NCBI GenBank assembly: GCA_945900785.1
Contig: CAMDJM010000004.1
Location: 15,512-79,511 of the forward strand
Direction of reading: 5' to 3'
Source of the DNA: Akkermansia muciniphila
GTDB lineage: Bacteria > Verrucomicrobiota > Verrucomicrobiia > Verrucomicrobiales > V1-33
DNA length: 64,000 nucleotides
The notes below the pieces were generated by a model. It was not told the DNA's origin, did not search any database, and saw only the letters and a program-made list of their open reading frames with translations. The position numbers and the translations under genes were made by a program. Positions 37,897 to 48,300 of the stretch are shown piece by piece; within the stretch, counting starts at the first letter, position 1, and each line of letters opens with the position of its first letter.

Positions 37897-39531
37897 TCAG
37901 ACTGGTTTCAGATCATCCGGCCCCAGTTTCTTTTTCTCCGTCAGAAAGTCGATCAGCGCATCCCTGGATTCACTGGAGTGCAGCTTCAGATTCGCCCCGG
38001 CCTGATAGCAGGTTTCATTCAGCTGTCCGTAGCGCCGGCCGCCGGACTGGGCGTCGTAGGCATTGAGGGCAATCCGGTATTTTTTGGCAGGATCCACCGG
38101 CGCTCCATCCGGGGTAAAAATGCCCGTCACTTTGATTTTGGTCTTCGGCCCTTCCGTTGTCACCCGGAAGCCGTCCAATTGGTGAGTGGAATATTTGGCG
38201 GAATACATCTCCTCCATGACCGGTCCCAGCTCCGCGCCGGTGAACTCCGCTGTGGCAAGGCGGTTTTCGTAGGGGATGATTTCCCACATATGACCGATCG
38301 TCTGCGGGCCGGCCGCCAGATCCCGGTCATCCACAAAAAGTCCGTGCAGCACTCCATCCACTTTTTCTCCGCGGGATTCCAGCGCCTGACGGATCGCCCG
38401 GGTGATGAAGAGCAGGGCAGCCGGAGGCGCGCCAGGCTTGCCTTTGTGCGGCAGGGGGGCGGTGAATCCGCCGATCTCCCGTGACATCAGCGCCCTGGCA
38501 TCCGCCAGCTCCATCGCGCAGGAGGATAACACCATGGGGTCCTCCGCCACGGAGGCATCCATCAGTTTGGTGGAAACCTCTTTGCTGACCAATTTCCGCG
38601 TTGCCAGATCGAAGGTCAAATCCACCCGCCCGGTGTGGATGCCGTAATAACTGGCCTGGGTGTAGGGGATTCCGTTGACCGTGCCTTTGCCAATATCCTT
38701 GTGGGTATGCCCCGCCACCACCACATCGATTTCACGGCAGGTTTGGGTGAGTTCGTTCACCCGGTTGGCGAAATCGTCAGGAGCCGGCTTGCCGCCGAAC
38801 AGGCCCTTCAATCCGAAATGACAGGCGAGGATGATGGCATCCACTTTTTCCGCCTGGAGTTTTTTGATGGCAAACTGCACGGATTTGAGAGGATCCGCCG
38901 CCACAAAGTCCGAGAGCAATCCCTTGTTCAACCAGGCCGGCAGCCCCGGGGTCACCGTGCCGACGATGCCGATTTTAAATCCCGCCACTTCCTTGATCAG
39001 ATAGGGGGCCACCTTGCTCATGGGGTGGCCAGGTTCCAGTTTGTTGGTCCACTTGCCGCCCACCTTGGCATTGGAGGCCAGCACCGGCATGGTGGAAGCC
39101 TGCACGCTTTTCACCACGGTGCCGAATCCCCAGTCAAACTCATGGTTGCCGATCACCCAGGCATCATATTTCAGCTTGTTGAAGAGGTTGATCATGATCT
39201 GGCCATCGCTGGCCCGGCTTTCCGGCGTGCCTTGATAGACATCGCCCACATCGATCAGGATCGAGTTCGGCTGTTCCGCCTGCCACTTGCGGATCTGCGT
39301 CGCACAACGTGCCATGCCGCCCACGTTCTCCACGCCTTCATACGTTTTGGTGGGCAGGATATGGCCATGCAGGTCTGTGGTATTAAAAAGGGAAATGGTC
39401 ACCTTGCCGTCCTTCGCCTCCTCTTCCGCGCGGGCTTGCCACGGCTCCAAGCCGGCCGCTACGGCTGCGGTGAGACTTAGTCCTTTCAGAAAACGCCGCC
39501 GGGGCAGCTGGGGAGGGAAGGGGGTAATCAT
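37897..39531 (-). CDS. bifunctional metallophosphatase/5'-nucleotidase with a Tat-type signal
   Basis: 544 aa. It has a twin-arginine leader (RRRFLKGLSLTAAVAAG), plus TTDLHGHI, GDVYQG, GNHEFD and a C-terminal nucleotidase domain. Confidence 0.9.
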   Translation of the reverse strand: MITPFPPQLPRRRFLKGLSLTAAVAAGLEPWQARAEEEAKDGKVTISLFNTTDLHGHILPTKTYEGVENVGGMARCATQIRKWQAEQPNSILIDVGDVYQGTPESRASDGQIMINLFNKLKYDAWVIGNHEFDWGFGTVVKSVQASTMPVLASNAKVGGKWTNKLEPGHPMSKVAPYLIKEVAGFKIGIVGTVTPGLPAWLNKGLLSDFVAADPLKSVQFAIKKLQAEKVDAIILACHFGLKGLFGGKPAPDDFANRVNELTQTCREIDVVVAGHTHKDIGKGTVNGIPYTQASYYGIHTGRVDLTFDLATRKLVSKEVSTKLMDASVAEDPMVLSSCAMELADARALMSREIGGFTAPLPHKGKPGAPPAALLFITRAIRQALESRGEKVDGVLHGLFVDDRDLAAGPQTIGHMWEIIPYENRLATAEFTGAELGPVMEEMYSAKYSTHQLDGFRVTTEGPKTKIKVTGIFTPDGAPVDPAKKYRIALNAYDAQSGGRRYGQLNETCYQAGANLKLHSSESRDALIDFLTEKKKLGPDDLKPV

Positions 39532-39639
39532 TTCCGGAAACTACCGGACATCGCGCCCCGGGCAACTTGTTTCCTCCATGATCAAAGCTGGACCACGGCG
39601 CGTATCCGTGATTACCTGCCGACCTATTCCCTGCATTTT

Positions 39640-40782
39640 ATGAAGCGCCCTCTCCTATCCCTCATGCTCTCCTGTCTCATCGCCTCCCCCGCCATCGCCG
39701 GCTCCTCCTGGCATGTCTACTTCGGCTGCTACACCGGTGAAAAAACCGGCAGCAAAGGAATCCTGGTCTCCAAATTCAACAGTGACACCGGTGCCCTGAG
39801 CGAACCCGCGCTGGCCGCCGAAACCGGCAGCCCCAGCTTCCTCGCGATCCACCCGGATGGAAAGCACCTCTACTCTGTCGGCGAAATGAACGTGCCCGGC
39901 TATAAAGGCGGGCCGGTGAGTGCCTGGTCCATCCATCAGCCGGAGGGCACCCTGACATTTATCAACAAAGCCGACTCCGGTGGTGGGGCACCCTGCCACA
40001 TCTCCCTGGATGCCACTGGAAAAATGGCCATGGTGTCCAATTACGGTGGCGGCAGCATCGCTTCCTATCCTGTCAAGGAGGATGGATCCCTGGGCAACGC
40101 CGCCACCTTCATCCAGCACCAGGGCTCCGGCGCGGATCCGGGCCGGCAAAAGGGACCTCACGCCCACAGCCTGAACCGCAGTCCGGATAACCGCTATGCC
40201 TTCGCCTGCGATCTCGGGCTGGATAAGGTCTTCACCTATAAACTGGACCCTGCTGCGGCCACCATGACCGCCAGCGGCTCCGTCGCCACCCCTCCCGGGG
40301 CCGGCCCCCGGCACTTCGCCTTCCATCCCGGCGGCAAATTCGCCTTCGTGAATAACGAAATGCTCATGTCCGTCTCCACCTACGCCTACGCCGCAGAATC
40401 CGGCACCTTAACTCTGATGGATACGGTCTCCACCTTGCCTCCAGCCGATCAGGGAAAACCTGGCCTCAGCACCGCTGAAACCGTGGCCCATCCCAATGGG
40501 AAATTTGTCTATGTCTCCAACCGCACTCACGACACGATCGCCGTCTTCACCTGCGATTCCGCCACTGGCAGGCTCACCCTCATCCAAAACGCCCCCGCTG
40601 AAGGCCGGATCCCCCGCAATTTCTGTCTCGACCCCAGTGGCCGCTGGATGATCGTGGCCCACCAGGACAGCAATTCGGCCGCCCTCTTCAAAGTGGATCC
40701 TGACACTGGCAAGCTCAGCTTCACCGGCACCCGCATCAAGGCCGGGGGAGCCGTTTGCGTGCGGTTCCTCGCCGCCGAATGA
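39640..40782 (+). CDS. lactonase-family 7-bladed beta-propeller protein (6-phosphogluconolactonase-like)
   Basis: 380 aa with a signal peptide. It contains GGGAPCHISLDATGKMAMVSNYGGGSIASY, PHAHS and GAGPRHFAFHPGGKFAFVNNE. Confidence 0.85.
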   Translation: MKRPLLSLMLSCLIASPAIAGSSWHVYFGCYTGEKTGSKGILVSKFNSDTGALSEPALAAETGSPSFLAIHPDGKHLYSVGEMNVPGYKGGPVSAWSIHQPEGTLTFINKADSGGGAPCHISLDATGKMAMVSNYGGGSIASYPVKEDGSLGNAATFIQHQGSGADPGRQKGPHAHSLNRSPDNRYAFACDLGLDKVFTYKLDPAAATMTASGSVATPPGAGPRHFAFHPGGKFAFVNNEMLMSVSTYAYAAESGTLTLMDTVSTLPPADQGKPGLSTAETVAHPNGKFVYVSNRTHDTIAVFTCDSATGRLTLIQNAPAEGRIPRNFCLDPSGRWMIVAHQDSNSAALFKVDPDTGKLSFTGTRIKAGGAVCVRFLAAE

Positions 40783-40869
40783 GTTCAGGCCCGCCGTTGA
40801 CCCGGCCCGCCAGGGACACCACAGGCAGTGCTCCCCTTTCCTGTGGCCGTCCGGCTGCGGCCCGCCTGC

Positions 40870-41538
40870 ATGAAGCCTATCACCACCCTAGCCACCTGCG
40901 ATACCCCGGAGGGGGTCCCCCTGCGTCTCGTCCACCACGACCGCGATCACTATCTCATGATCGGGGCCACCCAGCTCATGAGCACCGACGCCTGCCACTC
41001 CGAGCAGCACATGGCCGAGCTGGCCTGCAGCCTCCTGCCGCCGAAATCCCGCGTCCTGATTGGCGGTCTCGGTTTTGGCTTCACCCTGCGCCGCGTCCTC
41101 CAATTGGCCCCGGCGGACGCCACGGTGCACGTCGCCGAGCTGCTGCCTATCATTATCCAGTGGAACCGGGAATTCCTCAGCGGCGTGAACGGCCTGCTCA
41201 TGGATGACCCCCGCACCACCGTCAAACTGGACGACGTTTACAACCTCATGGACGGCAACCCCGCCCACCGCTATCACGCCATTTTACTGGATGTAGATAA
41301 CAGCCCGGATCCCCTCGTCCAGCGGGGCAATGCCCGCCTCTACGCCCGCAGCGGCCTTGCCCGGGTGCGCGATGCCCTGCACCCCGGCGGGCGCGTCATC
41401 TTCTGGTCCGCCAACCGCGACGAAGCCTTCGCCCGGGCCCTCCGCAGCGTCTTTGCCCGCGTCGAATGCGTCGCCGCCAAATCCTACCCCAAAGCCAAGC
41501 GCTACTGCTACACCCTCTTCATCGCTGACCGGGACTGA
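40870..41538 (+). CDS. spermidine-synthase-like methyltransferase-fold protein
   Basis: The start is taken at ATG 40870 (MKPITTLATCDT). It contains RVLIGGLGFGFTLRRVL, VHVAELLPIII and YHAILLDVDNSPD. Confidence 0.75.
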   Translation: MKPITTLATCDTPEGVPLRLVHHDRDHYLMIGATQLMSTDACHSEQHMAELACSLLPPKSRVLIGGLGFGFTLRRVLQLAPADATVHVAELLPIIIQWNREFLSGVNGLLMDDPRTTVKLDDVYNLMDGNPAHRYHAILLDVDNSPDPLVQRGNARLYARSGLARVRDALHPGGRVIFWSANRDEAFARALRSVFARVECVAAKSYPKAKRYCYTLFIADRD

Positions 41539-41612
41539 GCCAGCCGCGGAAGCCGTATCCAGGCGGGGGCCCAGCGGTGAACCAGGTCTCCGGAGCCTCT
41601 CCGGGCATCAGA

Positions 41613-42392
41613 TCACCCGCCGTGGAGGGCACGCACCAGCCGGAGGGAGAGGAGGTGTGGCGTCCAATGCGACAGGAGGGCGGTGAGTTTGGTTTTCCAG
41701 CCCGGGAGGATGACGCGCTGGCCGCGTTGGAAGCCGCGCCAGGCGGCGCGGGCGACGGATTCGGCGGTGGCGGTGCCCTGGCGGAAGAGCCGGGATTGTT
41801 CCATCTGGGCTTCCCGGGCGAAACCGGTGCTGGTGGCTCCAGGGCAAAGGCAGGAGATGCGCACGCCGGTGCCCCGGGTTTCCTCATGGAGGGCTTCGCT
41901 GAAGCTGAGCCCATAGGCCTTTGAAGCGTAATAGGCCGCCATGAGCGGGCCGGGCTGGAAAGCGGCCAGGGAGGCCACGTTGAGGACGCCGCCGTGGCCC
42001 CGGGCCAGCATGGAAGGAAGCAGGAGCCGGGTGAGGGTGGTCAGGCTGACGAGATTGACCTGAAGCAGTCCGGTGAGTTGCGCCGGTGGCATTTCGGCCA
42101 AAGGGCCACTGGCCCCGAGGCCGGCGTTGTTGATCAGTTGATCCACGTGCCAGCCACTGGCGAGGATTTCGTTGACCAATTGATCCGCCCCGTCCGGCTC
42201 AGCCAGATCGGCCGCGATGGTGAGGACGCGGCCACCGTGGCGGGCAGTAAGGGCTTCTGCCAGAGTGGCGAGCAGGTCACCGCGGCGGGCGGTGAGGATG
42301 AGGTCGTGTCCAGCGCCAGCGGCGCACCAGGCGAGGGCCGCGCCGATGCCGCTGGAGGCTCCGGTGATAAGGGTGACAGGGCGTTCCGTCAT
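41613..42392 (-). CDS. SDR-family oxidoreductase
   Basis: 259 aa. It contains TLITGASSGIGAALA, NNAG and YYASKAY. Confidence 0.9.
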   Translation of the reverse strand: MTERPVTLITGASSGIGAALAWCAAGAGHDLILTARRGDLLATLAEALTARHGGRVLTIAADLAEPDGADQLVNEILASGWHVDQLINNAGLGASGPLAEMPPAQLTGLLQVNLVSLTTLTRLLLPSMLARGHGGVLNVASLAAFQPGPLMAAYYASKAYGLSFSEALHEETRGTGVRISCLCPGATSTGFAREAQMEQSRLFRQGTATAESVARAAWRGFQRGQRVILPGWKTKLTALLSHWTPHLLSLRLVRALHGG

Positions 42393-42406
42393 GGCGGGGG
42401 GAGAAG

Positions 42407-45004
42407 CTAGCCGGCATCCGGCGGCGGTTCCGGCAGGGTGGGCTGGGGTTTCCAGGATTTCAGTTGGCAGCGGGTGGCGGCCCCGATGGTGAGGGCGGCG
42501 GCGCGGGAGATGAGACGATAATGGATCATTTCAAAAATTACACTCCAGACAAAGAAGGCACCTACCGCCCACAGGGGGTGAATTTTGGCTGCGGCGATGA
42601 GGGCGATGCAGGCCAGGGCAGCGATCCCCTGCAGGGCGAACCACGCCGCCGTGACGCGGCTGCCCAGGCGCACGCGGGTGAGGCGTCCGGGGGCGGCGTG
42701 GTATTCCGTGACGGTGCCAAGGCGGATCTTCCACCACCGGCTGAGCCGGGCTTCCAGATCCCAATCCCGCCAGCCATCATCCGTTTCCGGCGTGGCCCCG
42801 AGGGTGCTCAGGCTGGTGGTTAGTTCTGCGAGCAATTCATCGCGCCCGGTGCCGCTATCGCTCCAAAAGGCCAATTGGGTGATGGATTTTGCGGCGCTCT
42901 GCCGGAAGCCAGGGCACCGCAGGCGGGGCAGCCAGGGGCCACGGGGGGCCGAGCCCAGCCGGATGTTCCAAATAAAGCGCGACCAGCCCCGGACCAGCGG
43001 TTGGACGATGAGGAGGAACCACAGCAGGAAAAATCCCTGCCCCTGGGGCCAGGGTTTGGCGGTGCGCAGGATCCAGACCTGGCGGGCGGAATACGTCAGG
43101 GTGGCCAGCAGCATCAGGACCGCAGCCCAGCGGGCAGCGGGGAAGAAGTAGCCATTTCCAGCGGCGGCGAGCAGCAGGAGCCACCAGGGGAATCCTGTCA
43201 GGAGCCACCCGGCTTCGGAGAGGACGGGGCGGTAGATGGCCTGAAAGGGAGCGTAGCCAAAAACCCCGGTATAGATGCGCCCGGCGGTTTGGCTGAGGCG
43301 CTGCACGGCGGGTTGATAGACGATCCCGCGCCAGCGGGCTCCTCCCATCTGCCCAAAGCGCCCGGCGTGCCGCGCCATGAGCAGGGCTTCCGCCTTGCCA
43401 TAGCCGCGCTGCTGCCGCAGGAAGGCCCCCACGGTAGCGCGCCGCTCATGCCAGACCATGGCAGCAGGGGAGAAGGCGATGCCGCCCCCGGTTTCCTGCA
43501 GCCGCCAGCAGAAATCGACATCATCCCCGGCGGCGTGGTATTTGGGGCGGAACCCGCCGATGCTGTCAAAAGCGCTGCGCCTGACAGCGAGATTGCAGCC
43601 CGGGATGTGTTCGGCCAGGCGGTCGGTGAGAAGGACGTGGGCGGGGCCGCCTGGCGCGGCAATGATGCAGGCCTGGGTGAGGGAGCGGGCGGGGGGAGGG
43701 ACGTTGGGGCCCCCGGCGGCGACCATGGCAGGATCGCTCAGGGCATGGCTGAGATGGATCAGCCAGTCCGGGTCTGCGGTGCAGTCATCATCCGTATAGA
43801 CGAGAATGCTGCCGGTGGCAGCCGCCGCACCGGTATTCCGGGCGACACTCAGTCCGGCTGCCTCCTGGCGGAGGTATTTGATTTTGGGAAAATCTTCGGC
43901 GATCTCCGGGACGGTATCCGTGGAGCCATCGTCCACCAGCAGCACTTCGTAGTCCGGATAGTGCAGGTGGCCCAGGCTTTCGAGGCAGGCGCGGAGCGTG
44001 GGGGCTCCATTCCGGGTGCAGACGATGACGGATATCCGTGGAGGGTGCACCGCGAGCAGACCGGAGGGTAAGGGCGGCCCTCCGGAGAGGGCGTGGCAGG
44101 CAGGGCGGGGCGCACGGCTGCGGGCGGTGAGGCCAAAGGCCCAGCCACTGACGAATCCACCGCCGCGGAACCATTCGTCGGTCCAGGAAAAAATGAGGTT
44201 GCCGGCAATACCCAATTCCTGGCAGGCTTCGCGCTCCCATTGCAGAATCACGGCCTGCTGCTCCACCCCGTGGCTGAGGGAGTCCACACCGAATTCCGTG
44301 ATCACGAGCGGCAGATCGCCCGCGAGATTTTGCAGGCGGGCAAAGTAACGGAACAGGGCAGGGCGCTCCTCCAGATAGACATTGAAGGCGATGAAATCCG
44401 CGTTGCGGGGCTGGAGGAATTCCGTGCCAGGGTAGTTTGCATAACTGATCAGGGTATCCGGCGCGGCCCCATGCGCGGTGTCGATCAGTTCCTCCAGAAA
44501 GTGCTGCACCTGGGCTGGCCCCATCCACCGGACGAGGGTGGCGGGGATTTCATTGCCGACAAGAATGGCGGCGATCACCGGCCAGTTTGACAACTGTTTG
44601 GCGGCGGCTTTGACCTCTTCCAGGATGGTCTTCCGGGCCGCTGCCTGACTGATAAAATCAACGTGATCTCCCCAGGGGATGGAGACCACCAGTCTCAGGC
44701 CGTGCTCCACACAGAGATCCATGAACCATCCGGGCGGCAGGTGATAGAGGCGGACGGTGTTGGCACCCCAGCCGCGCATTCGAGCGAGGTCACGCGCGGC
44801 GGTGTCCGGGTGGGGCAGGCCATGATTGCGCCCGGCAGGTCCGAAGGGCCCATAGGTGGCACCGTGGAGAAAAAACTTGTCGTTCCCCGCCCAAAGGAAC
44901 TTTCCCCTGGCCCGGATGCGGGGCAGCGTCTGCCCGGCGGCACGGCCATCCGCAGCGGGAGGGGCCCCGGATGCAGCGGGGGAAGGATGGGAGGATTCAG
45001 ACAC
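42407..45004 (-). CDS. fusion of a clan GH-A-like TIM-barrel glycosidase domain, a family-2 glycosyltransferase and a multi-pass membrane domain
   Basis: 865 aa. The N-terminal part has ANTVRLYH, LVGNEIP and VITEFGVDS, which resemble GH-A acid/base and nucleophile motifs. The middle part has ISVIVCTRNGA, LLVDDGSTD, VYTDDDC, GCNLAVRR and LRQQRGYGKAE (a GT2 with a variant QxxRW). The C-terminal part has several hydrophobic helices. Confidence 0.8.
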   Translation of the reverse strand: MSESSHPSPAASGAPPAADGRAAGQTLPRIRARGKFLWAGNDKFFLHGATYGPFGPAGRNHGLPHPDTAARDLARMRGWGANTVRLYHLPPGWFMDLCVEHGLRLVVSIPWGDHVDFISQAAARKTILEEVKAAAKQLSNWPVIAAILVGNEIPATLVRWMGPAQVQHFLEELIDTAHGAAPDTLISYANYPGTEFLQPRNADFIAFNVYLEERPALFRYFARLQNLAGDLPLVITEFGVDSLSHGVEQQAVILQWEREACQELGIAGNLIFSWTDEWFRGGGFVSGWAFGLTARSRAPRPACHALSGGPPLPSGLLAVHPPRISVIVCTRNGAPTLRACLESLGHLHYPDYEVLLVDDGSTDTVPEIAEDFPKIKYLRQEAAGLSVARNTGAAAATGSILVYTDDDCTADPDWLIHLSHALSDPAMVAAGGPNVPPPARSLTQACIIAAPGGPAHVLLTDRLAEHIPGCNLAVRRSAFDSIGGFRPKYHAAGDDVDFCWRLQETGGGIAFSPAAMVWHERRATVGAFLRQQRGYGKAEALLMARHAGRFGQMGGARWRGIVYQPAVQRLSQTAGRIYTGVFGYAPFQAIYRPVLSEAGWLLTGFPWWLLLLAAAGNGYFFPAARWAAVLMLLATLTYSARQVWILRTAKPWPQGQGFFLLWFLLIVQPLVRGWSRFIWNIRLGSAPRGPWLPRLRCPGFRQSAAKSITQLAFWSDSGTGRDELLAELTTSLSTLGATPETDDGWRDWDLEARLSRWWKIRLGTVTEYHAAPGRLTRVRLGSRVTAAWFALQGIAALACIALIAAAKIHPLWAVGAFFVWSVIFEMIHYRLISRAAALTIGAATRCQLKSWKPQPTLPEPPPDAG

Positions 45005-45308
45005 AGGAATGAGAGGAAAGCTGATTCATGCCGGGCCTTCCGGCTGCGGGCAAGGAAAAGGTTGACAGCAAAAGCGGCCGGGCGTGGCCTTTCCTGGCCG
45101 AAGGGGGGGCCGGGTCATACTTCCTTCGCCTATTCTGCTATAATCCTGCGCTCCGGGTCTTATGATTTTCGGTATCCCGCCCCGTTGATCGGGGAAGATG
45201 GCGCATTTTCAGATAAAAGAGGGTGCAATCCTGGGTATTTGCATGCCTTGTTGCCGTAATATTCCACGCGCCGCGTGCGCTTCAGATTTTCCTTCCGAAT
45301 TCCTACCC

Positions 45309-48300
45309 ATGAAACTCACCTTTTTTTCCCTCGGCCTGCTGGTGCTCAGCGGGATGGCCTCCCTGGCAGCAGATCCGCTGCGGGTGTTCATCCGCGGTGG
45401 TGTCAAATCCCACGCCCCCGGCGCTCATGAGCACGCACGCTTTTTGAAGGATTGGCAGCCCCTGCTGGCCTCACGTGGCATGAAAGTGGACGGCGGCATG
45501 GACTTGCCTTCGGATGATCAGTTGAAGCAAACGGATGTGCTGCTGATGTATGCGCAGGATGGAGGCACCGTGCCACCTTCGCGCTGGGCTTCGTTTGACG
45601 AATATCTGAAACGCGGCGGTGGCCTTGTGGTGGTGCACACCGCCGCCGTCAGCCTCCAGGAGGATCATTGGAAAACGACCATCGGCGGCTGCTGGCGCCG
45701 GAATGCCACCAAGTGGAAGGAAGGTCCCATGGATCTTTATTATGTGGAAAACCAGCGGCCGGACGGCGGCAGCCCGATCACGCGCAATGCCTCCAACTTC
45801 CACATCGACGATGAAATCTACTATGACATGGATGTCTCTCCAGACGTCCGGGTGCTGGCCACCAGCTATACCCCAAATGTCAAGGAAGGCCGTCAGCCTG
45901 CCGAGGGGAACAAGACCCACATTTACGACATCCAGCCGCAGATGTGGACTTACGAGCGCACCGTGGAAGGCGGCAGCACGCCCTACCGGGCCTTTGTCAG
46001 CATCCCGGGCCATCTTTACACGACTTTTGAAAAGCCACACTACCGCGCCATCCTGATGCGCGGCATCGCCTGGGCCGGGAAGCGGGCCAACACGGATGAG
46101 TTTTGTTCGCCGGAGGAATTGTCTTCCCTGACCTATCCGGAGGGCGGCCCGCAGAAGCCTGCGGAGACTCTGAAACATCTCGAAATCCATCCGGACTTTG
46201 ACATGACGCTGGTGACCGCAGAGCCGCTTATCACCAAGCCGATGAATTTTGACTGGGATCCGGCGGGACGCCTTTGGGTGGCGGAAACGCCCGAATACCC
46301 GAATGGCCGCCGCGGCATGCGCCCCGATTACCGGGGGAAGGAATGGAAGGATCACGGTGGGCTGGAGCCCCAGCCCGGCAAGCAGGACCGCCCCGGCATT
46401 GACAAGGTCAGCATTCTGACGGATACCAATGGCGACGGCGTGATGGACAAAAAGGACGTTTTCTATCAGGGTCTGGATCTCGTCACCGGCCTCGTCTTCC
46501 ACAAGGACGGTGTCATCGTGACCCAGGCCCCGGACATTCTTTTCCTCCGCGATACCGACGGCGACGGCAAAGCGGACAAGGTGGAAAAACTCTACACTGG
46601 TCTGGGCACCGGCGACACCCACGCGGTGATCAATAACCCCCGCATGGGCTGGGACGGCTGGATTTACGCCACCCATGGCTACAGTGCTTCCCCCGACGTG
46701 ACCAGCGGCGATGGCTCACAGCACTTCGGCGGCATCGGCAGCGGGGTGGTGCGCTTCAAGCCGGATGGCTCCAAGATCGAACAATTCTCCTCCAAAGGCG
46801 GCAACACCTGGGGCCTCACGATCACGGGCGATAACCGCTTCATGTGGACCCAGCCGACCAGCGGCACCCTGCTGAATCAGGTGGTCCTGCCGGAATATGT
46901 CCTTGCCCGCGGCAAGGTGGCCAACACCGCCAGCTTCAAGACCATCATCGCGGACCGGAAAAGTTATCCCTCCATTCCCTATGAGAATCTTCCCTACGTG
47001 CAAATCGACCGCGTGGGGGATTTCACCGCCGCAGCGGGATCGGTGGTTTATGACGGCGGGGCATGGCCTGCAGAATACAACGGGGATTACTTCACCACGG
47101 AGCCCACGATCAATGTCATCCATCACGAGCGCCTCACCGCCAAAACCACCAGCTATGAAGCGGCCAAACTGCCCGGCCGCGAGGAAACAGAATTCGTCCG
47201 CAGCACCGACATGTGGTGGCGTCCGATCGAAGTGCGCACCGGCCCCGATGGTGCCATGTATGTAGGCGATTTCTACAATCAGGCCGTGATCCATAACGAC
47301 ACCCGCGGCCCGGACCACAACGCCGTCAACGCCGCCGTCCGCCCGGACCGCGACCATTACTTTGGCCGCATCTGGCGCATCCAGCACAAGCAGGCGAAAA
47401 AATTGGAAGTGCCGGATCTGGCCAAGGCCGGTGCCACCCAACTCGCCGCTGCCCTGGGCCATGTGAATAGCAATATCCGCATGACGGCCAGCCGCCTCCT
47501 GATTCAAGGGGGCAAGGGCGCTGAACTGGTCATCCCGCTTCTGAAAGATACCGCTCCAGAAACCCGCATCGCCGCCATCTGGACCCTGAAAGGCCTGCGC
47601 GCTCTCGAAGCCTGGATGCTCAAGGACGCGATTGAATCCGATGGCAGCATCCTCGTCCGCCGCAACGCCTGCAACGTCGCCGAATCCGTCAACATGGATG
47701 GACAAGGTCTGGTTCAAGGGGTGAAATCTTCCGTCGGTGGCTCCAATGGCCTCAACGATGAAGACGCCACGGTGCGCCTTGCCACCCTGCGGTTGCTCGC
47801 CTCCATGGAAATCAGTGATGGCACTGCCCGGCAGATCATCGCCGCATGGCCGAAGTTGGATGACGATTTCCAGCGCAGCGCTGCCATCGGGGCTGCCTCC
47901 CGCAATCCGGCTGCCAGCATCGCTGCTGCTTTGGATAGTCCGGATGCTCCCGCCCTCACGCCCCTCGTGGCCCAATTGGTGGAAACGATGTGCCGCGAGC
48001 ACAACGCCGCTGGCGCAGCGGCCCTCGTGTTGAAACTGGCCGACAAGCCGGCCTCTGTGGATGCCATCAAGCAAACCATATTGGATACCTTCGCGGTGAA
48101 ACTGGATGAAGCCCCCGCGATGAGCCCCGAATTGACCGCCGCCCTCGGCAAGTTGCTCTCCAGCGGCGTTTCCGGCAGTGCCTTGCCCGTCGCGGCCAAG
48201 TGGGACCGCGCCGGCACCCTGAAGCCGGAGATTGAAAAAATCACCACCGGCATTGTCGCCAAATTGGGAGACGCCAGTGCCTCTGAAGAGGTCCGTTTTG

